Below the pieces are notes generated by a model, which was not told the DNA's origin, did no database searches, and saw only the letters and a program-made list of their open reading frames with translations. This document shows positions 7,829 through 16,994 of a stretch of DNA of 64,000 nt, one piece after another (the stretch's first letter is position 1; the number at the start of each line of letters is the position of its first letter). This DNA is from Candidatus Latescibacterota bacterium (GTDB lineage Bacteria > Latescibacterota > UBA2968 > UBA8231): assembly GCA_965219385.1 (NCBI GenBank), contig CBDCNM010000001.1, positions 608,631-672,630 on the forward strand, given 5' to 3'. The translations under genes and the position numbers were made by a program.

Positions 7829-10429
7829 ATGAAAAGATGCGGAATTTTTAGAGGGCTTCTCAGGGCTGGGCTGGCCCTGCTGGTTTTTTCGGGCGGGTGC
7901 AGGCCGGATTCCGCGAGAGAGCCTGTCTCACTAGCAGAAAGTGTCAAGAGATCTGGAAGGACCGTGGGCACAGAGGTGTTTTTCACCGATGTGGGAAGCG
8001 AAACCGGGTTGAATTTCGTCAATGTTTCGGGGTCTGGAGAAAAACCCACCTATATCCTGGAAACCCAATCTGCCGGGGCGGGCTTCCTGGACTACGATGG
8101 GGATGGTTTCCTGGACTTGTACGTGGTCAATGGCACTCGTATAGGAGAGGAGCCCGAAGGAGCCACCAACCGGCTTTTTCACAACGAAGAGGGAAATGAC
8201 GACCGGATTTTTCGCGAGGTCACCACCGAGGCCGGCCTGCAACAAGGCGGCTGGGGCATGGGGTGTGCCGTGGGTGACTACGACAACGACGGAGATGTGG
8301 ATATCTACACAACCTACTGGGGCCCCAATCGGCTCTATCGCAATGAAGGGGATGGGGGATTCACCGAGGTTGCCACCGGGGCCGGAGTGGCGGATCCGGG
8401 CTGGGGCTCCAGCGCGGCATTCGGAGATCTGGACCAGGACGGTTTTCTGGATCTGTACGTGACCAACTACCTCGAATTCGATCTGGAGAACCCTCCCGGG
8501 GGGGGCAAGCAAGCCCACTACAAGGGGGTCGAGGTCTTCTTTGGCCCCAAGGGTGTGCCAGCTCAACCAGACAGACTCTACCGCAACAAGGGCGATGGAA
8601 GTTTCGCGGACGTGAGCACAGCCACAGGGGTGGCCCGGTTGAGCCATCCAGCCCTGGGGGTGGTCTTCGGGGACTACGACTGGGATGGGGATCTGGACGT
8701 GTACGTGGCCAATGACTCGGACCCCAATCTGCTCTTTCGCAACGACGGCAACTGGCAATTGGCCGAGGTTGGCGCCCTGGCCGGGGTATCCCACACCGAG
8801 GACGGCAGGCCCCAGGCGGGCATGGGGGTACACAGTGGAGATTTTGACAACGACGGCGATCTGGACCTGTTCGTGACCAATTTCGAAGACGATGTCAATA
8901 CCCTCTATCGCAACCTGGGCGACTGGATGTTCGCAGATGCCACCTACGAAGCCGGCCTGGGCGGGACCGCGCGGCCCTATCTGGGCTGGGGTACGGGTTT
9001 TTTCGATTTTGACAACGACGGTTGGCTGGATCTGTTCGTGGCCAATGGGCACCTCTATCCGCAGCTGGATCAGCAGCCTTCCGGAATAAAGTATAGTCAG
9101 CGCAACCTGCTCTACCACAACAAGAAAGGGCGTTTTTTTGAGGTGGGCCTTGAATCGGGTCCAGGCTGGGATATAAAAAAGGTAAGCCGGGCAGCGGCCC
9201 TGGGAGACTACGACAACGACGGAGATGCGGATCTGTTTATCATGAACCTGAATGACACCCCGACCTTGTTGCGCAACGAGGGCGGAAACCGCAACAACTG
9301 GCTGGGATTGGAGCTGGTGGGTACAGGGCGCAACCTGGAGGCGATTGGCGCCCGGGTCCGGGTGACGGCCGGGGAACTGGTCCAGGTGCGGGAGGTGCAC
9401 CGGGGGTACGGATTCCAGGCCCAGCACGACCCGCGCCTGGTGTTCGGCTTGGGGCGGCACCGGGAAGTGGATCGGGTGGAGATCCGCTGGCCTTCGGGGC
9501 GACTGCAGGTGCTTGAGGAGGTGCCCCTGCGGCGCTACCTGAAAATCCGCCAAGGAAGTCCAGAAGTGGTGGCCGGTCCTCAGGTGCCGGGCCCGGACGC
9601 CCGGATTGCACCGAGGCTTGCGCAAGGGAAACCCGTCATTGCGGATTCGATCCCGCGGATTGGGGAACCGCACTGGCGGGCACCGGACTATGTCCGAGCC
9701 GGCAAAGAGTTCTACCATCAGGGGCGTTACGGCGAAGCCCGGGCCGCATTCGAGCAGGCCATCCGCCTGGAGCCGGACAGCCTCCGGGTCTATGCCAATC
9801 TGGCGGTAGTGCTCTTTGCCGGTATGGGACGCGACGAGGAGGCCCTTCCCTTGCTGGAACACATCCTTGAGCGGGATCCTGAACAGACCAGCATCCACTT
9901 TATGCTCGGTAAGGTCTATCTGAGCCTCGACTGTCTGCCCCAGGCCATCAAGGCCCTAAAAACCACGGCACGGCTTTCGCCGCAGTCCTGGGAAGCCCAC
10001 AACTGGCTGGGACTGGCTTATATGCGCGCCGATAGCCTGGAGGCGGCTTTGCCTGCTTTGCGGCGGGCCGCCAGGGCGCTCCCCTGGCGGCCCGGGCCCC
10101 ACCAGCAGCTGGCGCGGGTGTACGAGGCGCTGGGGCGCGGGGAAGAGGCCAGGCGGGCACGCCGTATTTTTGTCCGGCTTTATCCTCTCCAGCTTCAGGT
10201 GGATCACCATCGGGAACGGGTCGACCTGGACCCGCAGGACGCCGAGGCGCGCAGTCGTCTGGGTGCGGCCTATGCGGCCCAGGAGCGTTTTGTAGAGGCC
10301 ATCCAGGAGTGGCGGAAGGTTCTGCGTTTGGAGCCCGATCATCCCCGGGCCGCGGGCTGGATCCGCCGGGCACAGGACAAACTGGCCAGACTAACAAAAG
10401 GCTATAACCCCGATCCAGGGCCCAGATGA
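7829..10429 (+). CDS. FG-GAP/ASPIC-UnbV lipoprotein with C-terminal TPR repeats
   Basis: Signal peptide ending FSGGC; DYDNDGD repeats; UnbV motif IGARVRV...FGLG...IRWPSG; TPR-like helices (GRYGEARAAFEQAIRLEP etc.). Start at ATG 7829 preferred over TTG 7757. Confidence 0.85.
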   Translation: MKRCGIFRGLLRAGLALLVFSGGCRPDSAREPVSLAESVKRSGRTVGTEVFFTDVGSETGLNFVNVSGSGEKPTYILETQSAGAGFLDYDGDGFLDLYVVNGTRIGEEPEGATNRLFHNEEGNDDRIFREVTTEAGLQQGGWGMGCAVGDYDNDGDVDIYTTYWGPNRLYRNEGDGGFTEVATGAGVADPGWGSSAAFGDLDQDGFLDLYVTNYLEFDLENPPGGGKQAHYKGVEVFFGPKGVPAQPDRLYRNKGDGSFADVSTATGVARLSHPALGVVFGDYDWDGDLDVYVANDSDPNLLFRNDGNWQLAEVGALAGVSHTEDGRPQAGMGVHSGDFDNDGDLDLFVTNFEDDVNTLYRNLGDWMFADATYEAGLGGTARPYLGWGTGFFDFDNDGWLDLFVANGHLYPQLDQQPSGIKYSQRNLLYHNKKGRFFEVGLESGPGWDIKKVSRAAALGDYDNDGDADLFIMNLNDTPTLLRNEGGNRNNWLGLELVGTGRNLEAIGARVRVTAGELVQVREVHRGYGFQAQHDPRLVFGLGRHREVDRVEIRWPSGRLQVLEEVPLRRYLKIRQGSPEVVAGPQVPGPDARIAPRLAQGKPVIADSIPRIGEPHWRAPDYVRAGKEFYHQGRYGEARAAFEQAIRLEPDSLRVYANLAVVLFAGMGRDEEALPLLEHILERDPEQTSIHFMLGKVYLSLDCLPQAIKALKTTARLSPQSWEAHNWLGLAYMRADSLEAALPALRRAARALPWRPGPHQQLARVYEALGRGEEARRARRIFVRLYPLQLQVDHHRERVDLDPQDAEARSRLGAAYAAQERFVEAIQEWRKVLRLEPDHPRAAGWIRRAQDKLARLTKGYNPDPGPR

Positions 10430-11325
10430 AGGTGCTGGTGACCGGGGCCAATGGCTTTATCGGCAGTCAGGTCTGCCGTGTCCTGTTGAGGCGAGGCCAC
10501 ACAGCCATAGCACTGGTCCACCGCCACAAAGAGCGCCTGGAAGAGATGCCGCCCCATCCTGGTCTGCATCTCGAAACCGGGGACATCATGGACAGGGCCC
10601 GGGTGGAAGAAATCCTCGTGCAACACAGCCCAGAGGGGGTCTGTCACCTAGCGGTTCAGCCACCGCAGGTAGAGGATGCCGGCACGGACCGCCGGGTCAA
10701 TATCCAGGGGACCTTGTTCTTGCTAGAAGTCTGCCGGCGGAGAGGCATATCCCGTCTGGTCTATGCCTCGTCCATGAGCGTGTACAACTTTCAGGCCCCG
10801 GCCTACCTGCCGGTGGACGAAGAGCATCCACTAGAGCCCTTGCAGAAATACGGGCGCGAAAAAAGGCAGGGAGAGGTTTATTGCCAGGACTACGCCGCAA
10901 AAGGGATGCACATCCCCATCCTGCGGTATTCGGGGGTGTACGGCCCGGGCAAACGGCAGGGAGCAGTGTACAATTTTATCTGTGCGACCCTGCAGCGCGA
11001 GGATATCGAGATCCCGTTGAATCGCCGCATCGATCTGGTGTACGTCCAGGATGTAGCTACGGTCACGGTCACGGCGCTGGAACGGGCTGAAAAGGTTGGA
11101 AGGGAGGTTTTCAACATTGGGGCAGGACGGTCGGTAGCCCTCGGGGAACTGGCCGGGGTGATAAGCCAGGAAATCATTGCCCGGGTTGGGCTTGAGATCA
11201 GAGCGGAGGGCAATGAATTTTACCTGGACATCAAGCGCGCCCGGAATGCCCTCGACTATGCCCCGCGCTCGCTGAGTGCGGGGGTGGCGGATTACATAAG
11301 ATGGGTAAAAAGAATAAAGGGGTAG
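10426..11325 (+). CDS. NAD-dependent epimerase/dehydratase (extended SDR)
   Basis: TGANGFIG Rossmann motif, SSMSVY, YGREK (YxxxK), VYGP. Confidence 0.88.
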   Translation: MKVLVTGANGFIGSQVCRVLLRRGHTAIALVHRHKERLEEMPPHPGLHLETGDIMDRARVEEILVQHSPEGVCHLAVQPPQVEDAGTDRRVNIQGTLFLLEVCRRRGISRLVYASSMSVYNFQAPAYLPVDEEHPLEPLQKYGREKRQGEVYCQDYAAKGMHIPILRYSGVYGPGKRQGAVYNFICATLQREDIEIPLNRRIDLVYVQDVATVTVTALERAEKVGREVFNIGAGRSVALGELAGVISQEIIARVGLEIRAEGNEFYLDIKRARNALDYAPRSLSAGVADYIRWVKRIKG

Positions 11326-12483
11326 ATGGGACAGGATAAGACATTGCAAAAGGGAGACGATCGGGAACTCAGGGCCAGACCAGGCATCCCTTTGGAGGAC
11401 ATCCATGCCCTGCTGGCCGACTTTGAGGCCATTTTGCACAGCGGGCGATTGACCCAGGGAGAATACCTGCAAAGGTTCGAGCACGAGTTTGCCAGGTACC
11501 TCGGAGTGGAACACGCGGTGGGACTCAACTCCGGCACGGTGCCGCTGGAGATCGCCCTGCGCTACTGGGGGGTGGAGGGCAGGGAAGTCATTGTGCCGAC
11601 CAATACCTTTGTGGCCTCTGCCAATGCCGTGCTGCTGGCGGGAGGGACGCCGGTGCTGGCGGAAATTTCGGCCTCGTCCCTCTCCAGCAGTCTGCCCCAG
11701 ATCCGCGCTCAGCTCACGGAAAAAACCGTTGGGGTAATGGTGGTCCACATCGGAGGCTTGATTCCACCGGACATGGACCAGATTCTCGCCTTTTGCCGCG
11801 AGCAGGAGCTCTTTGTGCTCGAGGATGCCGCCCATGCCCACGGCGCTGCACGGCGGGGAAAAAGGGCCGGCAGCCTGGGGGATGCGGCGGGTTTTTCTTT
11901 TTTTCCCACCAAGGTGATGACCTGCGGCGAAGGGGGGATGCTCACCACCGCCGATGCCGGGCTGGCGGAGTTCGCCCGCAGTTTCCGCTGTCATGGCATA
12001 GCCACCGAGGGCCGTGAGTTGGTGCGCCTGGGAGCCAATTACCGGCTTCCCGAACTGAGCGCTGCCCTGGGGTTGAAGCAGCTGGGGCGGCTGGACGAAT
12101 TTGTGCGGGAGCGCAACCGCCTTGTCGGTCTGTACAGAGCAGGGTTGGCAGAGATCCCCGGCCTGGGATTGTTCGAAGTACCCCAGGACCAGGTGCATGC
12201 TTATTACAAATTTCCGGTCCTCTTGCCGGCCGCCTGTGAGCGCGGCGAGGTACTGCAAGGTCTGCAAGACGGCTTCGGGGTAGTGGGGGGCAGTCTGTAC
12301 TGGCCTCCCTGTCATCTGCAGCCCTTTTACAGGGAGGGTTTCGGCTACAGCGAGGGCAGCTTTCCCGTGGCCGAAGAGGTCCTCAATCGCACCATCACCC
12401 TTCCTTTGTTCAACGACCTGGAGGATGGGGATGTAGAACGCGTCTGTCAGGCCCTGAAAAAGGTGCTTAAACAACAGTCCTGA
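11326..12483 (+). CDS. DegT/DnrJ/EryC1/StrS PLP-dependent sugar aminotransferase
   Basis: EDAAHAHGA, FSFFPTKVMTCGEGG, GANYRL, LPLF. Confidence 0.92.
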   Translation: MGQDKTLQKGDDRELRARPGIPLEDIHALLADFEAILHSGRLTQGEYLQRFEHEFARYLGVEHAVGLNSGTVPLEIALRYWGVEGREVIVPTNTFVASANAVLLAGGTPVLAEISASSLSSSLPQIRAQLTEKTVGVMVVHIGGLIPPDMDQILAFCREQELFVLEDAAHAHGAARRGKRAGSLGDAAGFSFFPTKVMTCGEGGMLTTADAGLAEFARSFRCHGIATEGRELVRLGANYRLPELSAALGLKQLGRLDEFVRERNRLVGLYRAGLAEIPGLGLFEVPQDQVHAYYKFPVLLPAACERGEVLQGLQDGFGVVGGSLYWPPCHLQPFYREGFGYSEGSFPVAEEVLNRTITLPLFNDLEDGDVERVCQALKKVLKQQS

Positions 12484-12504
12484 GTCAGGTGATTTTACTT
12501 AACT

Positions 12505-13134
12505 GTGAATAACAGGGTTCTCGTACTGGCGCCCCACACCGATGACGGGGAATTCGGTTGCGGCGGTACCATCAGTCGTTTTGTCCAGGAGGGCAAGCAG
12601 GTATTCTACGCGGCCTTTTCCACCGCCGAGGAGTCGGTGCCCCCGGAGTTTTCTCCCGATATCCTGAAGCAGGAAGTCAGGGCCGGCACCCAGGCGCTGG
12701 GCATTCCGCCGGAAAACCTGCTGGTCTACTCCTACGCGGTGCGGCACTTACCGCACGTGCGGCAGGAAATCCTGGAAGAACTGGTGAAGCTGAAGCGGGA
12801 GATCGATCCGGGCACGGTGTTCCTGCCCAGCAGCCGGGACCTGCACCAGGACCATCAGACCGTGTACATGGAAGGTTTGCGGGCTTTCAAGATGGTCACG
12901 GTGCTGGGCTACGAGCTACCCTGGAACAACCTGAGCTTCGACTACCGGCATTTTGTCGTGTTGCAGGAAGAACACGTACAGACCAAGGTCAATGCGCTGA
13001 AATGCTACAGGTCCCAGCAGTGCCGCCCCTACAGCGAGGAGGACTTCATCTGGAGCTGGGCGCGTTCTCGGGGGGGGCAGATTTCCGTGCAATACGCCGA
13101 GACCTTTGACGTGTTGCGCTGGGTGCTGCCATGA
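12505..13134 (+). CDS. PIG-L family N-deacetylase
   Basis: APHTDDGEFGCGG and DLHQDH metal-binding motifs. Confidence 0.9.
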   Translation: MNNRVLVLAPHTDDGEFGCGGTISRFVQEGKQVFYAAFSTAEESVPPEFSPDILKQEVRAGTQALGIPPENLLVYSYAVRHLPHVRQEILEELVKLKREIDPGTVFLPSSRDLHQDHQTVYMEGLRAFKMVTVLGYELPWNNLSFDYRHFVVLQEEHVQTKVNALKCYRSQQCRPYSEEDFIWSWARSRGGQISVQYAETFDVLRWVLP

Positions 13135-13823
13135 GCCGGGTACTGGCCGCCCATCAACCCAATTACCTGCCCTGGCTCGGCCTGTTTTACAAGTTGGCCC
13201 AAGCGGATGTCTGGGTCATCGGGGATGACGTGCAGTACACCAGGCAGGGGCTAACCAATCGCAACCGCATCCGCACCGCCGAGGGGTGGCAGTGGTTGAC
13301 CGTGCCCGTGTGCACCAGGGGACGCGGCCTGCAGGCCATCTGCGAGGTGGAGGTGGATACCAGCCGCACCTGGCAGCGCAAACACTGGCAGGCCCTGCAG
13401 TGGAACTACCACAAAGCCCCCTTTTTTGCCGACCATGCGCAATTTCTGGAAGGGTTTTATCAGCGACCCTGGCACAACCTGGTGGAGCTCAACGTGGTGC
13501 TCTGCAGGTACATTCTGCAACAATTCGGCCTAGAACTAGAAATCCGCAGGAGCTCGGAGATGGATCTGCGGGCGGAGCGCACCCTGCGGCTGGTGGATAT
13601 GGCCCTGGCCTGTGAATGCGATGTGTACCTGGCCGGAACCGGGGGGTCCAGAGCCTACCTGGACGAAGAGGCCTTCAGCCGCCTGGGGATCGAATGCCGT
13701 TTCAGCGAATTCCGCCATCCAATCTACCCCCAGTGCTTTCCCGGTTTCGAGCCCAATATGACGGCCCTGGATATGTTGATGAACTGTGGAGAGACCAGTA
13801 GAGAGGTGCTGCTTGAGCGCTAG
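13131..13823 (+). CDS. WbqC family protein
   Basis: HQPNYLPWLG, DDVQY, NRNRIRT, WLTVPV, YPQ. Confidence 0.9.
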   Translation: MSRVLAAHQPNYLPWLGLFYKLAQADVWVIGDDVQYTRQGLTNRNRIRTAEGWQWLTVPVCTRGRGLQAICEVEVDTSRTWQRKHWQALQWNYHKAPFFADHAQFLEGFYQRPWHNLVELNVVLCRYILQQFGLELEIRRSSEMDLRAERTLRLVDMALACECDVYLAGTGGSRAYLDEEAFSRLGIECRFSEFRHPIYPQCFPGFEPNMTALDMLMNCGETSREVLLER

Positions 13824-14958
13824 GGTTTGCAAGTTGACCAATATCCATAGCCCGCTGGACCAGCGCATCTTCCACAAGGAGGCACAAAGTCTGGTAGCCG
13901 CAGGTTATGAGGTGACTATTATTGGGCCGGGACCCATCGCAATGGCGGGGCTCGAAAGAGGGGTGCATATCCAGACCATTCCACCGGCGCACAATTTCAG
14001 ACAGCGGGTGTTCAATCTTTTCAGACTCTTGCGGGAGGGCTGGAAGGTGAAAGCGGATTTTTACCACTTTCACGACCCCGAGTTGCTGCCCCTGGGGGTT
14101 TTCCTGCGGCTCCTGGGTAAAAGGGCGATTTACGATGTCCACGAACACTTTCCCCAGGCCGCCTTGGTCCGCACCTGGATTCCCGCTGGTCTGCGGCGAT
14201 CCCTCTCGGTCCTGGTCGATGTCTGGGAGCGGTTGTTGGCGGGCTGCCTGAGCGGGGTGGTGGGCGTGGTGGAGGAGCAGGGGGGGCGGTTCGGGGGGTG
14301 TTTGTTTGCCGCCGTGAAAAACTACCCCCGCCTCGAGTGGTTCCAGAGCAACGGACACAGCCAGGCCCCTGTGGCCCACCAGCTTATTCACGTGGGTTCC
14401 CTCTCCCGGGAGAGGGGGGGGCTCTTCCTGCTCGAAATCATGAAAGTCCTCCGGGAAACCCACCCCGATGTGCGCTTGCTATGCATTGGCCGTTTCCACA
14501 CCGAGCCGGTCCAGACGCTTTTTTTACAAAAACTGGAAGAATACCAGCTCCACGACCAAGTGACCTGCCACACCGAGCCGGTCCCCTACGAGGAACTGGG
14601 GCGCGTCATCCAGGCCAGCAAGATCGGCCTGATACCCGGCCAGGTATCGGTCCAGAATCTGGCTCCTTTCGTGCCCACCAAACTTTTTGAATACCTGGCC
14701 TGTGGCCTGCCCGTGGTGGCCAGCGCCCTGCCGTCCATCCGCAACTTCTACGCCGAAGCGGATTGGGGGGGCGTGGTCGAACCTGCTGATCCCCGCGCCC
14801 ACGCCCGGGCCATCAGGTGTTTGCTGGACAGCCCGCTGGAGGCCCGGGCCAAAGGTGACCGGGGCCGTTCCCTGGTCGAAAGCCGGTTTAACTGGGACTT
14901 GGAAGCAGAGAAGTTGCTGAACCTTTACCAAGAGGTACTACTCCGAGAAAGGAGGTAA
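13813..14958 (+). CDS. Glycosyltransferase family 4
   Basis: DQRIFHKEAQSL, HFHDPELL, YDVHE, PTKLFEYLACGLPVVAS; TTG start at 13813 after GAGAGG. Confidence 0.9.
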   Translation: MSARVCKLTNIHSPLDQRIFHKEAQSLVAAGYEVTIIGPGPIAMAGLERGVHIQTIPPAHNFRQRVFNLFRLLREGWKVKADFYHFHDPELLPLGVFLRLLGKRAIYDVHEHFPQAALVRTWIPAGLRRSLSVLVDVWERLLAGCLSGVVGVVEEQGGRFGGCLFAAVKNYPRLEWFQSNGHSQAPVAHQLIHVGSLSRERGGLFLLEIMKVLRETHPDVRLLCIGRFHTEPVQTLFLQKLEEYQLHDQVTCHTEPVPYEELGRVIQASKIGLIPGQVSVQNLAPFVPTKLFEYLACGLPVVASALPSIRNFYAEADWGGVVEPADPRAHARAIRCLLDSPLEARAKGDRGRSLVESRFNWDLEAEKLLNLYQEVLLRERR

Positions 14959-14960
14959 TT

Positions 14961-15821
14961 TTGCAACGATACATCGTCATCCTGCTGGTGCTCGGCGCCA
15001 TCTGGCCCCACTGGGCCGGCGCCGGCGCCTGGAGCCAGGCCAAAGGGCGCTACTATGCAAAGGTTTCGGGTATCTTCTACACCTCGGACGAGGTTTTTGA
15101 CGATATGGGGGACAGGGCGCCGGCGGGCATGGACGGCAATAAATTTGAATCCGGCCAGGCTTTTCTCTACCTGGAGTACGGTCTGCGGGAGCGGTTGACC
15201 TTGATCGGGAAGGTGGGCGGCGGGGAACTGGTAGTCGAGGACGCCTTTGTAAAACAGACCACGATCGGTATCGGCGACCTGGATATGGGGGCCAAGTACC
15301 AGCTTACAAACGGCCCCGTGGTCCTGGCGCCCTATCTCAACTTCAAGATCCCCACCGGCTATCATGGAGACTACGAGCCTGCCCTGGGCACGGACCACAC
15401 CGATCTGGAGCTCAGGTTGCTGGCGGCTCGTTCGCTTTATCCCTGGCCATTCTACCTGGGGGCTGAAACAGGCTACCGTTTTCGCGGTGGGCCTTATTCC
15501 AACCAGATCCCCTACTTTTTCGAGGTGGGCGCCACCCCCCACAAAAGGGTATTCGCCAAGGCTTACCTGGAAGGCATGGACACCCTGACCGGAGAGGATG
15601 AAAGCGCGGGAGAGGTAGGTATTTTGCAGGTTTCCGAGGGAGATTTTACCAAAATGGGATTGAATGTGGCCTTTAAACTCCAGGGGCCGGTGTGGGCGGA
15701 TTTGCTGTGGGAGGGGATTGTCAGTGGGAAAAATATCGGGGCTGGGAGTTCGTGGGGGCTGGGCATTTCCTATATATTGAAAGAATTCGCTCAGGAGGTG
15801 GAACATGAAAGAGCAGAATAG
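14961..15821 (+). CDS. Secreted protein, probable outer-membrane beta-barrel
   Basis: Signal peptide (AGA-GAW); amphipathic strands such as YLEYGLRERLTL, GIGDLDMGAKYQL, FKIPTGY, WGLGISY. Confidence 0.55.
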   Translation: MQRYIVILLVLGAIWPHWAGAGAWSQAKGRYYAKVSGIFYTSDEVFDDMGDRAPAGMDGNKFESGQAFLYLEYGLRERLTLIGKVGGGELVVEDAFVKQTTIGIGDLDMGAKYQLTNGPVVLAPYLNFKIPTGYHGDYEPALGTDHTDLELRLLAARSLYPWPFYLGAETGYRFRGGPYSNQIPYFFEVGATPHKRVFAKAYLEGMDTLTGEDESAGEVGILQVSEGDFTKMGLNVAFKLQGPVWADLLWEGIVSGKNIGAGSSWGLGISYILKEFAQEVEHERAE

Positions 15822-16953
15822 GCGCCGTTTTTTAAGGGCCAGCGGCCTGGTGGCGATTTCGGCCATGGTGCCGGCTCTGGGTTGCGACCGCAACGTCGTG
15901 GATTTCAAGCGGATGCCCGAGCCGCCGGAAATGCCCGACGAGGAGGTGCCGGACGATCCTGCGGCCGAGTTGCCCCTGCCCAAGATTACTCCCAACAGCC
16001 GGTTTTATTTGCAGTCGTTCCGGGGCAAGAACTACGACCCCAAGCTGAAAAAAGAGGGCTGGAGGCTTGCCGTTGACGGACTGGTGGATAATCCATTGCA
16101 GGGGCTGCGCTACGAGGATATTACCTCCATGCCCATGACCGAGCAGACCATGACCATGCAGTGCATCGGCAACTGGATCGGAGGGCCCCTGGTGGGCAAT
16201 GCCCGCTGGGGCGGCACGCCCTTTAACAATTTGCTGGACATGGCAGGGGTCAGGAGCGAGGCCGTGAAGGTAAGATTCGAGAGCGCGGATGGGTACACCA
16301 CTTCGATTCCACTGGAGAGGGCCTTGCGGGACGAGGTCCTGCTGGTGTGGGAAATGAACGGCCAGGAGTTGCCCTCCAAACACGGTTTTCCCATGCGTTT
16401 GATCAATCCAGGGCACTACGGCCAGAAGATGCCCAAGTGGATTACCCGCATCGAGTTGATCGACGATCCCAACCACCTGGGGTACTGGGAAAGCCTGCCC
16501 AAAAACAAAACCGTCAAGTGGTCCGACGCGGCCATCGCCACGGTCAATTCTCGCATCGATGCTCCGCTTTCACCGTGGGACGATATCAAGGACCCAGACA
16601 ACGGCGGGGTCACCAAGTGGTTCCAGACCATCAGGGGCACCGCCGATACCAAGTTCAAGATCCACGGCATTGCCATGGCAGGGGAACGCCAGGTGGAGCG
16701 GGTGGAGGTGAGTACGAACGGAGTTTGGGGCCCCTGGGAGGAGGCGCATATCACGGCTCAATCCTTGCTGAACCAATGGGTTGGCTGGAGGTATGACTGG
16801 CCGTTGCCGGCGAGCGGGCGCTACGAGATCGTGGCCCGGGCGACCGACAGTGAGGGGGATAGGCAGCCGCGCACGGATGTGGGGAACGATCTGTACGACG
16901 GGCGCACCGGCTACCATGTGGTACCGGTGGACGTGGAGCGCACCGAAGCGTAA
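15805..16953 (+). CDS. Sulfite-oxidase-family molybdopterin oxidoreductase, Tat-exported lipoprotein
   Basis: NRRRFLR Tat motif plus ALGC lipobox; MQCIGN Mo-ligand Cys; MNGQELPSKHGFPMRL, PGHYG, KW; C-terminal Ig-like dimerisation domain (VEVS...ARATD). Confidence 0.88.
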   Translation: MKEQNRRRFLRASGLVAISAMVPALGCDRNVVDFKRMPEPPEMPDEEVPDDPAAELPLPKITPNSRFYLQSFRGKNYDPKLKKEGWRLAVDGLVDNPLQGLRYEDITSMPMTEQTMTMQCIGNWIGGPLVGNARWGGTPFNNLLDMAGVRSEAVKVRFESADGYTTSIPLERALRDEVLLVWEMNGQELPSKHGFPMRLINPGHYGQKMPKWITRIELIDDPNHLGYWESLPKNKTVKWSDAAIATVNSRIDAPLSPWDDIKDPDNGGVTKWFQTIRGTADTKFKIHGIAMAGERQVERVEVSTNGVWGPWEEAHITAQSLLNQWVGWRYDWPLPASGRYEIVARATDSEGDRQPRTDVGNDLYDGRTGYHVVPVDVERTEA

Positions 16954-16958
16954 AAGTT

Positions 16959-16988
16959 AAGGCCGATATGGTTTTGGGCTTGGCCTTT
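16959..16988. terminator. Possible hairpin terminator between convergent genes
   Basis: AAGGCCGA...TTGGCCTT inverted repeat followed by TCCC. Confidence 0.35.
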
Positions 16989-16994
16989 CCCGGA

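Noticed and set aside
2326..9898. Long antisense ORFs (2326-3882, 4050-5459, 7931-9898; likewise 10831-12474 and 43208-44878)
   Set aside because: Shadows of GC-rich sense genes, with no recognisable motifs.
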